DNA of 62,981 nt, the filler included, from Stramenopiles sp. TOSAG23-3 (Eukaryota): the NCBI GenBank assembly GCA_900128585.1. It is 8 parts of 8 records of this genome, joined end to end, with 100 filler letters (N's around TTAATTAATTAA, not from the genome) between each part and the next. Parts side by side here need not be neighbours in the genome. Positions count along the whole stretch, not along the records: positions 34,629 to 46,034 come from LT642741.1; positions 46,135 to 57,496 come from LT642742.1; 6 more parts are not named here. The stretch is one strand, 5' to 3'. Below, in pieces: positions 41,718 through 52,312 of this stretch. A program made the position numbers and the translations under genes. The notes under the pieces are model-generated. The model was not told where the DNA came from. It did no database searches and was given only the letters and a program-made list of their open reading frames with translations. Numbering within the stretch: the stretch's first letter is position 1; every line of letters begins with the position of its first letter.

Positions 41718-43568
41718 ATGCTTTCCCATTCATTGTTCCTTGTAAGTTTGGTTCTAGTCGGGGCACAGGCGTCGCCGCTCCCAGGCTGCCAGACCTACCA
41801 TGACAACCAGTGCCAAGGAAATACAATAACGACAAACGCAAGCATGGGCGAACGCCGTTGGTTTACCCCTGCCCGTGGAACAAAGGGTTACTTGCCATCG
41901 TTTCAAGATTACTCCCACCTTGTTGGGTACACGTCCATCACGTACAGTGCGGATCGGTCGACCGCCACCGTGTCGGTGAACGCCGTTCACAAGGACTCCT
42001 CCGTTACCCTGACGTACATTTTTGACGGGACACAAGCGTCATCGCCTTCCATGGGTTTCAGCTCGTCGAACTTCACAGACAAACCCTTGAAAGTTTCGGT
42101 CAAAGGAAGTGACGGAACGAACTTGGACCTGGAACCTGTCGACTTCTTGTGGAACGTCCAAAAGTTGAAAACACCAGCTGCTGGAGACTATCGCAACGGC
42201 CAGAAAGGCGCCATCGTGGAAATGTTTGGCTGGCCTGACGAAGACATCCTGGAGGAGTGTGAGTTCTTGGCCAAGTCTGGGTATATGGGGGTAAAGTTGT
42301 ACCCTCACCAAGAGCAAGTCATGGCGGCGGAACCGTTCCAAAACCTGCTGAATCCATGGTACTTTATGTACCAACCAGTATCGTACAGGCTGCAGGGACG
42401 CATGGGCTCACGCGATGACCTTCGCAAGTTGATCACCACCTGCCGCGGCCTGGGTGTTCGTGTATACGCAGATGCCGTGGTGAACCACATGACTGGAGGG
42501 GGCAACGACATGGGACTGCACCGTAACGCGGCCGGATCTTCGTGCACAAAGTGGGGGAATAAGTCATCGTCCCTTGCAGACGTTGAAGGCGGCCCGTCGC
42601 CTTATTACACGCAAGATTTTGTGTACACGACGTCCCCGAGCACGGGCCTGCCCCAATCGCAGGAATTTCCCGCCGCCGCGTACGGCCCGTTGGATTTTCA
42701 CTGCGAGCGTGTATTGAACTCGTGGAACGACCCGTTGGACTTGAACGCTGGGTGGTTGACCGGCTTGGTCGATTTGAACACAGAGTTGGACCACGTGCAG
42801 GAGCGAATTGCCGCTTATTTAACGGACTTGCTAAGCATTGGTATTAGTGGGTTCAGGATGGACGCCGCGAAGCACATGAAGCCGGACGACCTTGTGAGCA
42901 TATTTTCAAAGCTAAAGCGAAACATGGGCGGCGCGTTGCCGGACGATTTTATCACCTGGTGGGAAATTTTGCTAGGTGGAGAGTCGGACTTGCTGATGTG
43001 CAATGCAGGCAGCGGTTACAATTATGGGGGTTACTTAGTGAAAGCGTTCCAAGCCGCAGGTTTCGACCAAACCGACCTGGACAAGATCAAGATATGGAAC
43101 AGTGGCTACCCGAAGGAAACCGCCAAGGGTCTGGTTGATTGCGACCCCAACTCGCCAAAAATCCGATCCGTCATCCAAAACGACGATGCCGACCAGCAAA
43201 ACCCAGGAAGCTCGAGCCGCGACATGGGCAACGATGGTTGCGTTCTTATCAAGGGTTGTTCTGTCCAAGATCACCGCGCGTTTGAAGTAAAGCTCTTCAC
43301 GTCGCCCAATGGTGCCTCGGACAACAACAACGATTTTCCCATTCGAGTCGTGCTCTCGTCGTTTTACTGGTATGGCAACCAACTCCAAGGCATTCCAGAT
43401 GGAAAGTCCGACTGTTCGCTGTGCACAACAAACTGTGATGGGTGCCAGAGTGTCCCGAAAACGGCCGCGCACGACCCCTCTTCAACAGGGTACGACAAGA
43501 CCGGTTACACCCGTGTCCACAGAGATGGCGCTATAATCCAGGCCATGAGAAGTTGGATGGGTTTGTAA
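41718..43568 (+). CDS. Secreted alpha-amylase (GH13)
   Basis: Signal peptide; GAIVEMFGW, YQPVSY, DAVVNH, GFRMDAAKH, WWEIL, QNDDAD. Confidence 0.92.
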   Translation: MLSHSLFLVSLVLVGAQASPLPGCQTYHDNQCQGNTITTNASMGERRWFTPARGTKGYLPSFQDYSHLVGYTSITYSADRSTATVSVNAVHKDSSVTLTYIFDGTQASSPSMGFSSSNFTDKPLKVSVKGSDGTNLDLEPVDFLWNVQKLKTPAAGDYRNGQKGAIVEMFGWPDEDILEECEFLAKSGYMGVKLYPHQEQVMAAEPFQNLLNPWYFMYQPVSYRLQGRMGSRDDLRKLITTCRGLGVRVYADAVVNHMTGGGNDMGLHRNAAGSSCTKWGNKSSSLADVEGGPSPYYTQDFVYTTSPSTGLPQSQEFPAAAYGPLDFHCERVLNSWNDPLDLNAGWLTGLVDLNTELDHVQERIAAYLTDLLSIGISGFRMDAAKHMKPDDLVSIFSKLKRNMGGALPDDFITWWEILLGGESDLLMCNAGSGYNYGGYLVKAFQAAGFDQTDLDKIKIWNSGYPKETAKGLVDCDPNSPKIRSVIQNDDADQQNPGSSSRDMGNDGCVLIKGCSVQDHRAFEVKLFTSPNGASDNNNDFPIRVVLSSFYWYGNQLQGIPDGKSDCSLCTTNCDGCQSVPKTAAHDPSSTGYDKTGYTRVHRDGAIIQAMRSWMGL

Positions 43569-44549
43569 TATCTTTGAGTAAAATTATTCATAACATTTTT
43601 ATCACGTGTGGTAAAACTCAAAAACAAAATATTATTTTGATTTTACTCCCATCTTTACTTCGGATGAAAAATAAATTATATAGTATGATATCATACTCTA
43701 AATGAGAGTCTGAAAGCATGCTATATATAATATTGCTCGCTTTTCTAATTTACTCTAATAAGTACGTATTGATGACGGCTATTGTTGGTGACTCGTATGT
43801 ATATATTGCATGACCTCTAGATGCTGTGTTGGATATGAAGCTGCACTGCCGCTGAGTGACACTGCTATCATATTCTATGTCACCACCAAGCTCAGCAGAG
43901 TTCGATGCAAATGTTCATATGCGGAAATATTTTCTGCGCTGATAATATGATATATTGTTTAAAATTAACGAAATACCACTATCGGAGAAATATATGGATA
44001 AATCGGGGGTCGTACATCATAAACCATGAAAAATTAATGTTGTGCTTTACTATTGCATTTCCTAGTCTAGTTAAAATATACTACCTAAAATCTTTATTTT
44101 CTTTCTTTTTTTCTTCCTATTTTTTTAGTTAAACTATTTTTTCGTAAATATCGACTCGGAATACATATATATAGCATCGCTAATAAAAAATTACCGCCAA
44201 AGATGCCTTTTATTGATACGAGGATGGATGACAGGTACCTGTCAAATTTTGTTGTGCGTAAAAAATGATGTTTAGCAGATAGCATGGAGTAAAGAAGAAA
44301 GAAAAAAACACCCTTTTTTTGTTTTCACATGTTATTACATACATTTTCATCATCATCCATCATCACAGGAGGTCAGTTCGTAGGAGTCAGGGGAAGTAGT
44401 GAGTATTATTATTATCTCCATACATCCTCAGCTCAGAAAACAAACGACAATTACATTGTTAAAAAAAAAACACACACACACAAACAAAACAAATATTATA
44501 CTGAAGCCAAATAAGTAAAAGATTTAATTAAGAACGAATAATCTACGAA

Positions 44550-46034
44550 ATGAAACGAATCATATTGTCAGACCCTGCACACCTAGTCACTGCACGCTTC
44601 TCGTACCCGAAACCTGCAGAATGCAACGACTATTCTAACGCTACTGAATCAAGATGCCTCGCACCTAGTATCTCCGCTTTTCAAAGTGTAATCCCCCTAG
44701 CGTGGGCTCAAGAAGATGATTTAGCGACAAACTTGATGCGTGTAATCGATGCTGAAAGATTTTATCCATTAATTTTGACGTTTTTTGCACTTGTTATGAT
44801 TTTTTATTACAATTGCTTCCTGAAAGTTTACGCCAGTGCCAACGCAAAGATTGTGCTGAGGGAAAAGAAAGCTGCAATATCGAGTGCAATGTCGACTGCA
44901 TTGAATTGGAAAGTATCCGCAAATAAACTTCGCAAGGAAAAGCTAAACAAAATCCTCGAGCAAAAAGACACAAACGAAAAAACTGAAATCCATGACATTG
45001 ACCCGGACAATGAGTTGGAAAAAAATGACGCACAAATACAGTACGAATTGGACTTGCAAATACCATCACCTTCGAAACTTTATGAACTGCTCTACGATGA
45101 AAATGAACAAAGAAAATCGTTATACTTTGGTATCGATCAATTGAAATTCGAGAAATTGGAAAAACTACTTTACTCAAGTTTGAAAGCCACGCTGAACGAG
45201 TATACTAACTCAACGCAAAAAGCGCGACAACCGAAAAAGTTTCCGTTGCTGGACTGGCAGCATTTTTCTGAAGTTTTGCCATTCCAAGATGGGATTCGTT
45301 TGAAAGAATTAGTGCAATTAGTCCGGAAAAAAATCAAGAAAAATATCGGCTCTCATGTGATACCAGTGACGGAGTTACGAAATGCTGAAGACTGCCTAGA
45401 AAGAATTGGTTCCGAAAGAATTGGTGGGTACAAAATCCTTTTGCAAATGGCATTGCCCTCGTTACCCTTTCTTCTAGCAAGTCTAACTTTGAGTACGTTT
45501 AAAACTTGGGGTGATGTTATGGTATTTTCAAGCAGATCAACAATGTTAAATGCCATCGATATGAGTTCAGAAGAAAGCTTGCACTTAATACAGCGGACGA
45601 CACTGTCATTCTTGGCTCTACGCGGTTTTTTTGAGTGCACTGGGATGCTATGCCATCTGTTGCGTACCAAAGCTGCCGGAAAGTTTTCTTTGCCACTGCG
45701 AACTGCAGTTATGCAAGGTTTGCTACGTCAGGATATTGAGTATTTTGATCGCCAAAAAATTCAGCCCTTGATCGATGCAGCTACGGAGCAAAGCCAGAAG
45801 TTGTCATGGGTATTTTTTCAACTCCCATTAGAACTGATTGGATGCCTAACTGGCATTATTACAGCCTCTACAATGATTAAAAGGATGGCCCCAGACATGT
45901 TCTTAATTACATTCTGTCCATGCATCATTATGGGAACAACCCATTATTTTATTTGCCGATTCATGGAAAAAAAATGGATACGACGTGGAAAGCTGAGAGA
46001 AAATACGAAAGAAAAAGCATCGCAGCTACTGAAC
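44550..46034 (+). CDS. ABCB-type transporter N-terminal/TMD part, 3'-partial
   Basis: LRTAVMQGLLRQDIEYFD TMD motif; cut by the contig end. Confidence 0.75.
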
Positions 46035-46134
46035 NNNNNNNNNNNNNNNNNNNNNNNNNNNNNNNNNNNNNNNNNNNNTTAATTAATTAANNNNNNNNNN
46101 NNNNNNNNNNNNNNNNNNNNNNNNNNNNNNNNNN
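46035..46134. other. Artificial contig linker
   Basis: N44-TTAATTAATTAA-N44. Confidence 0.98.
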
Positions 46135-46554
46135 TTGCCCCGTTCCTATAATATTCTATAAATTTATACTTATAATGTTGTATACTCTTGTAGTCAATGC
46201 TGTGTGATTTGTCGAATAGACTTGAACGGACTTCTCGTAGAATGTAGATGAAAAATCAACGTTCGTGTCTATTTAAATTTAGATTACAAATTCCTGTACT
46301 CCATCCATTTGGTGGCATTAGGACGACTGTTATTTTCTTTTTTTCTTCTTCTTCTTCTTCTTTCTCATCATTCCAAAAAAAAATTATTATTATTTTAACA
46401 AAACTGCTGCTACTTTTGTTTCGTTTCTTCTACGCCTGAACTGATGTGATCGTGCGGCCCCTTAACTAACACCAGCCACATGTCTAGGGAAAACCAAGTA
46501 TGATAAAAGGTGTTTTTCTTCCACCAAGCGGTATAACAAGAAAAACGTTACAAC

Positions 46555-49500
46555 ATGGGCGATCCTGCAAACTTTGAAGCGACTCGCGCTTTGCTGAGTG
46601 GAAACGAACAGTCTCATAAAGTCCCTTTTATCCATAATGCCGTAATCAATTCACCTCTAAACCAACGGACAAACACTTCATCGCTAAGAAAGAGAGGTAC
46701 AAATGCACTGTCGAGTAGAGTTGAAAAGGCGGTGCATTTAAAGGATGAACAGTTAAAGCTATTACAAGGTCAGAATAAGGAACTACTGAAAACTATTGAA
46801 TGTATGGAAATAGAAATTGAGGGCGAAAAGAAAAGAGTAGATCAGCAACAGTCAGTAATACTCAAGATCCAGGATGAAAACATCATTCTCAAGACCAAAC
46901 TTCGAAGAACCTCAGACGAGGTACGCATAGCTTGCGAAGCTGCATTTCAAAGGCAAGTTGAGTCAAGTCAACACCAGACGCAAGTAATGGCTGCCCAAAA
47001 TACTGAATTATTAAAAATGCTTAAGTCGGAAGAAGCTAAACTCTCGGGGGTTAGAAGTGAACTATCAATTTTAGAAAAAAAATACAAAAGCACCGTGAGC
47101 CATTTAGAACATATTCGTGGAGAAATGGAAGTAAATAGGGAGGAACTATTTGCAAAATTGCAAAAATCGCAGCAAAGAGAGAAGGAACTGAATCATGAGC
47201 TCGAACGTAAGATGGAACGAGTTCGGGGTCAGCGTATCACTATCAAGTCACAGGAAGAGAAGTTGATTAAAGTATCGAACGCAAATGTTGAATTGAACCA
47301 CATATTGTTAGACAGTCAACGTGCAGCAAACAACGCAAAAGAAGTCATACAAAACACCACTGCCAAAAGTATCAACGACCTTGAGAAAGAGACATCTGAT
47401 GTTAAGTTACAATTAAAGTTGAAAACTCAGGAACTTGAACATTTTCGAATTGATGCAGAATCGCAATCGAATCAACTGAAAGAAATGGCTGAGAAAGTCT
47501 TTTTATTGATTGACCGTGTAAAAGATGCAGAATCTATGAAAATACCTTTGGAAAATACAATAGCTCGACAGAAAAATGATATAAAATCGGCCAAAACCCG
47601 TCTAATCCGTGTCGAGATAGAACGCGATGAAGCTGAGAAAGAAGCGCGCCGATTCGGAGTCGAGTTGCGAAAAATGAAAAGTGTAACAAAAAAGACAATA
47701 GTAAAATTAGACGGCTTAAAAAAACTCTCTAGCTCTGAGAAGCTCTTGAGAAACCGAGAGCAACGAGCTAAGCGAGAAATTGAAGAAAGCTACAAAGCAT
47801 TAAGCGGCCGTGTCTCTTATCTGTTGAATAAATCTGCGCTGGACGAAGAGTCTCGTGCAAATGCTCGCATAGATGTAAAGAAACTAGAACATCAATGCCG
47901 CGAAATGAACAAAACTGTAGAAAATTTACGGGCGAAGCTGCGCAATGCCAAAGAAACAAACAAAGTGTTGAGTGAAGCTATGCGGCTCAAGGAAGAGGAA
48001 GTAGAAAAACTCCATGTGCACAGCAAATTAAGAGAATGGACGAAAAAATCAAATAATCGAACAGAAGTTTCCGACAAACAGCATGCATTCGGCAAACGGA
48101 ATGCAGACAAAATAGGAACTGGAAATAATTTGAAATCCATGAACATACCAACGCAAGCCGAAAGAAAAAGTAGAAAAATTGTCTCTAGTGGAACAATTTT
48201 TAGTGTTGTTGTGCCCATTCATAGTAAGAATAAAAGTCATATATATGTAAAGGCAAAGAAAGGAGACAGTCATTCGAAAAGAGTTTTGGAAAAGTTGCAA
48301 ATAAACGAGTTTTTCCTTTATTTAAGTAGTAGACCACAAAAGAAGCGCATGGAAATTGTAGCTCTCAAAATGACCCAGATATTGGGTGCATTGCGTGTGT
48401 CAGAGGCTCTGTCAGCCTCGCGTGGAAGAAAAGCCCAGATATTTTCCGATCGTTTGCAGTCAGAGATTGACATGCTCCGACGGAAGGCGCAATACCAGGC
48501 CGAACGAATTCTGGAGGAGGAAGAAGCAAAGCGCAAAGCTCTGGTGAAGTACTTGAGTTCGATGATTAAGAAAAAAGCTACGTACGCATTCCCTGAAGAC
48601 AACATTCCCAAGAAAACCGCTGTGTTAGGCAAAAAACAGAATGCCGAAGACACCTTAAGTGAGCAGAGGGATGAATCAAAGGAAGCTGCTTCTATCGTTG
48701 GCATAAATAATCCTAGCAAATTAACAACCCCCGTTTATGAACCAAGTAAATCGCGACTGCCAGGCCATAAACTAGGTATTAGTTTGCGCGATTGTAGAGT
48801 AGGAGATGAAGAAATTCATGCACTAGTAGCTATTTTGTCACCAAACGACAATGTTCAAGTAATCGATCTAACAAACAATCAAATCACAAATACTGGATGT
48901 CGAGGAATAGCAACATACTTACGCATGACTAGAAATTTGGAAGTGTTGGATTTGCGTGGGAATGAAATTGGTATGGTAGGTATTCGCATCTTAGCCGAAG
49001 CTGTTGAACACAATGGTAGGGTCAAACACGTTTTCGTTCATGACAAGCAACGAATCGAAGCTTTGGGGAATAACTCAATGGATGAACAAATACAGGGCCA
49101 GGTAACTACTTCTGACAAGGACAAAACCACAGAAAAGAAGAACCGCACAACTGAAGACGAAACGGGCTATGTACAGACAACATTAGTTATTAGTATAGGG
49201 GATCAAAACAATTCAAGGGTGACGGAAGGCGATAAAAAACCGACATTCCAGGCAAATTTTACTTCATACCCGACTTCCGAAGATAATCGGCTCAATAAGA
49301 CACCACTTGATAAACGTATTATTGATATGGAATCTCATATAGGACTTGTTGCAAATGCACCCTCCGAAACCCTCGAGTCAGAAGCAGAAAAGTGGGTCAT
49401 AAGAGCAGAAAATATCGATAAAACTAGAGGGATAAATAGTGTCCCGCTTGGCTGGCTAGGGAATGCTGTCAATACTGTAAACCACGAAGTTGTTGAGTCC

Positions 49501-49890
49501 CCTTTAACCAGGAGAATCCGTACTTTGGAGAGTCGTTTAGCAGATACAGATTTCGCCTCAGAAAGTTTCCTTCAAACAGCAGAAAATATGACAGCCGGTA
49601 TTTTGAAACAGGATACATCGACAAATAGAGATTTGACAGAGAAAAGACTGGAACAAAAACATGATAAAACAAATTTAACTGCGAATACTCCAGCACTATC
49701 AAAGTTATTAGAAAGAAATAGAGCTTCTCAAACAAAACAACAAAGAAGAAACAGATTGGCTAAGAAACATAAAACCATAGAACACTCCACGACCGACAAA
49801 ACAAGTGGTATCTCTCGTTCAAGAGCAGTACGAGCAGCATACGCTGCGCGTACTTTGTCTCGTCCTCATAGTGCTTCTGCGATACACTAA
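46555..49890 (+). CDS. Long coiled-coil protein with RNI-like leucine-rich repeats
   Basis: Heptad-rich N-terminal half; ISLRDCRVGDEE, IDLTNNQITNTG and LDLRGNEIGMVG repeats. Confidence 0.88.
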   Translation: MGDPANFEATRALLSGNEQSHKVPFIHNAVINSPLNQRTNTSSLRKRGTNALSSRVEKAVHLKDEQLKLLQGQNKELLKTIECMEIEIEGEKKRVDQQQSVILKIQDENIILKTKLRRTSDEVRIACEAAFQRQVESSQHQTQVMAAQNTELLKMLKSEEAKLSGVRSELSILEKKYKSTVSHLEHIRGEMEVNREELFAKLQKSQQREKELNHELERKMERVRGQRITIKSQEEKLIKVSNANVELNHILLDSQRAANNAKEVIQNTTAKSINDLEKETSDVKLQLKLKTQELEHFRIDAESQSNQLKEMAEKVFLLIDRVKDAESMKIPLENTIARQKNDIKSAKTRLIRVEIERDEAEKEARRFGVELRKMKSVTKKTIVKLDGLKKLSSSEKLLRNREQRAKREIEESYKALSGRVSYLLNKSALDEESRANARIDVKKLEHQCREMNKTVENLRAKLRNAKETNKVLSEAMRLKEEEVEKLHVHSKLREWTKKSNNRTEVSDKQHAFGKRNADKIGTGNNLKSMNIPTQAERKSRKIVSSGTIFSVVVPIHSKNKSHIYVKAKKGDSHSKRVLEKLQINEFFLYLSSRPQKKRMEIVALKMTQILGALRVSEALSASRGRKAQIFSDRLQSEIDMLRRKAQYQAERILEEEEAKRKALVKYLSSMIKKKATYAFPEDNIPKKTAVLGKKQNAEDTLSEQRDESKEAASIVGINNPSKLTTPVYEPSKSRLPGHKLGISLRDCRVGDEEIHALVAILSPNDNVQVIDLTNNQITNTGCRGIATYLRMTRNLEVLDLRGNEIGMVGIRILAEAVEHNGRVKHVFVHDKQRIEALGNNSMDEQIQGQVTTSDKDKTTEKKNRTTEDETGYVQTTLVISIGDQNNSRVTEGDKKPTFQANFTSYPTSEDNRLNKTPLDKRIIDMESHIGLVANAPSETLESEAEKWVIRAENIDKTRGINSVPLGWLGNAVNTVNHEVVESPLTRRIRTLESRLADTDFASESFLQTAENMTAGILKQDTSTNRDLTEKRLEQKHDKTNLTANTPALSKLLERNRASQTKQQRRNRLAKKHKTIEHSTTDKTSGISRSRAVRAAYAARTLSRPHSASAIH

Positions 49891-49937
49891 CAAATATCAT
49901 ACGCCGTTTATTATATTTAAAAAAGGGGGGCAGACAA

Positions 49938-50521
49938 GAATGTGATGGCGATCTCCTAGGTAAGGACTTCTCTACCCGGGAGTCCGACCGTGACTGTGAG
50001 GCTTGGGTTGGTGTAAGAGACATTGCTCGCTGGAAATGTCTTGGCATCTATAAGGAGGCTTCTCTTCTCGCATATTTTTGAGATTAACCCTACCCTGGAT
50101 TTGAGGCTTTCAATGAACGATTATCGGATAGTGGATCTGAACCAGTACTGGGGCACAGTACTGAATTTTGCCGTAGGAACGCCAAAGAGAAACACAAAGG
50201 GGGCTTCCAGCTCCGCTTCAGACGAGCACACAAGCAACTTATCCCCTGCCCTCTAGGACTCAACTTTTCCACATCGGTAGCAGTCATTGCGATCAATGGG
50301 TATGCGATACACGACAGCATGTTCATGGATAACATGGTCGAATTAGTGTTCATGGATTGGCTGATTTAGCAGATTTGCAAATTAGTGAAAGTATCGGTCT
50401 TTCGATCGATTATGAGGATGTTGACTATGATGAGGATACTATTATGAGAGAATTCAATTGGGGTGATCCGGTTTTAGAAGATGAATCTAAACACCAAAAT
50501 GTAAATCGTACGGCCCGATAG
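49938..50521 (+). pseudogene. Decayed coding-like fragment of unknown origin
   Basis: GC-richer block; one frame reads ECDGDLLG..LAYF*D*PYPGFEAF..MDWLI, then shifts to ADLQISESIG..NRTAR*. Confidence 0.35.
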
Positions 50522-50588
50522 GTTCCAAGGCCAGGAAAGGGTGCCGATTTTAGAAATTACTTCGATTCATAGTTCATAAATTTTAATT

Positions 50589-52228
50589 AAAAACAAAATA
50601 ATGGCTCCTATTTAAGTAAATTAAAAACAAGAAAATTGGCTGTTACGACCCTCCCCCGACATCTCAACCCACAGATGACAATCCCTTGACTGATTTACAA
50701 GACAGACAACGATAACCTCTAAAACAATTAAGCCGCTGCTTGGAAAATCGTACAAGGATTGAGTCACCTATGAGTGAGATATCGGATGAGGAAGTTGANN
50801 NNNNNNNNNCGATTCGGATCGTGCATGGAGTCCATCTATCGATTAGTAAAACCACAAGAGCAAAGATAAGTTCGAAATTTAGAGTTCAGTTCGCAGTACA
50901 TTAATTTTAATTACTTAAATAACAGCCAATTTTCTTGTTTTTTTATTTAAGTAATTAAAATTTATCTTCTTCATGTACAGCGAATGTGAATCTGCTCCTT
51001 CTGTTCACATAAAAAGTTTATTTTACTTCATGTACTGCGAACTTATCTTTGCTCCTGTGATTTTACTAATCAATTTACTCTTGTCACTTAGTCTAGACTA
51101 TCATTCTCTGATATACTCCATGCATAACTCGAATGGATATTTAGATTTCCGACGATGACAAATGACCCGTAATCAACTTCCTCACCCGATGTCTCATCCA
51201 TAGATAAATCAGACACTGTGTGATATTTTCCAAGCAGCGGCGTAAATGTTTTGAAGGTGCTCATTTTCTGTCTTGTAAATCCGTCAAAGAATTTAAAAAC
51301 AAAAACTGAATGACAGTTTATCTAAATTTTAAGTAAATGTTTCAATTTGATGTTAAACCACCCTAAGGTTAATTAATCGAACTTTTTATTATTTAATACG
51401 AGGATTTGCGGTGATTGAACACTGAGGTTGTTTTTGCAGGATCAAAATTGGTTGGAAGAAGAAAAACGGAAGGTGCCGAGGGAATCGAGTACGCCCAGTT
51501 TAAAAGGTAACAGAAAGCATAAATATAAGCGTTATTTGAACTGAGATGCCGCGTTATTCAATACACTGATTCGGATCATGCATAGAGTACACATGAAAAT
51601 GATAGTGAAGACTGAGGGACAAGGGTATATTGATTACTAAAATCACAACAGTAGAGATCAGTTCGCAATACATTAATTTTAATTACTTAAATAACAGCCA
51701 CGAGCATTCCAGCAGCGATGATTTCGGTAGTGCCCTGACTATAATAGTGTCAGTTCAATCCTCAATACAATCCAGCAAGGAGCAATCCAGCATCGCCCCG
51801 ACCCTAGTAGTGCCACCCTCGGATGAAGACACAGAGATACAATCCTCAACACAATCATCAGAAGAAGGGAACCAGAGCATTGCCAGCAGGGCGAGACTCA
51901 ACAGGCACGCCAACGAACCACAACCTACCGATTCGGATATGCGTGCAGTACATCTGAGATTGATAGTCAACACAAAGTGACAAGGGTATATTGATTAGTA
52001 AAACCACAAGAGCAGAGATAAGTTCGCAGTACATGCAGGAACGTAAACCTCTAATGGATAAAAGGAGCAGATTCATTTTCGCGGTACATGAGAAAAGCTA
52101 AATCTAAATTACTTAAATAACAGCCAATTTTCTGTTTTTAATGTTTATATTTAGTAGTGGTTGATTAAGGGTTTAACACGGAAATTTTAAGAGTAAGGTA
52201 CTTAAATAACAGCCAATTTTCTTGTTTT
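50589..52228. mobile_element. Nest of 3'-flank element copies, including the longest ones
   Basis: Copies at 50589-50645 (+, two starts), 50675-50944 (-), 50945-51290 (+), 51568-51699 (-), 51930-52139 (-) and 52199-52228 (-). Confidence 0.8.
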
Positions 52229-52312
52229 CAATTACAACCAGTTAGCCAATCTGTTTTCTGTGCTTGCACCAGTGTCCTTTAAGCCATTGTAACCCTTTTT
52301 CAAATACCGTCT

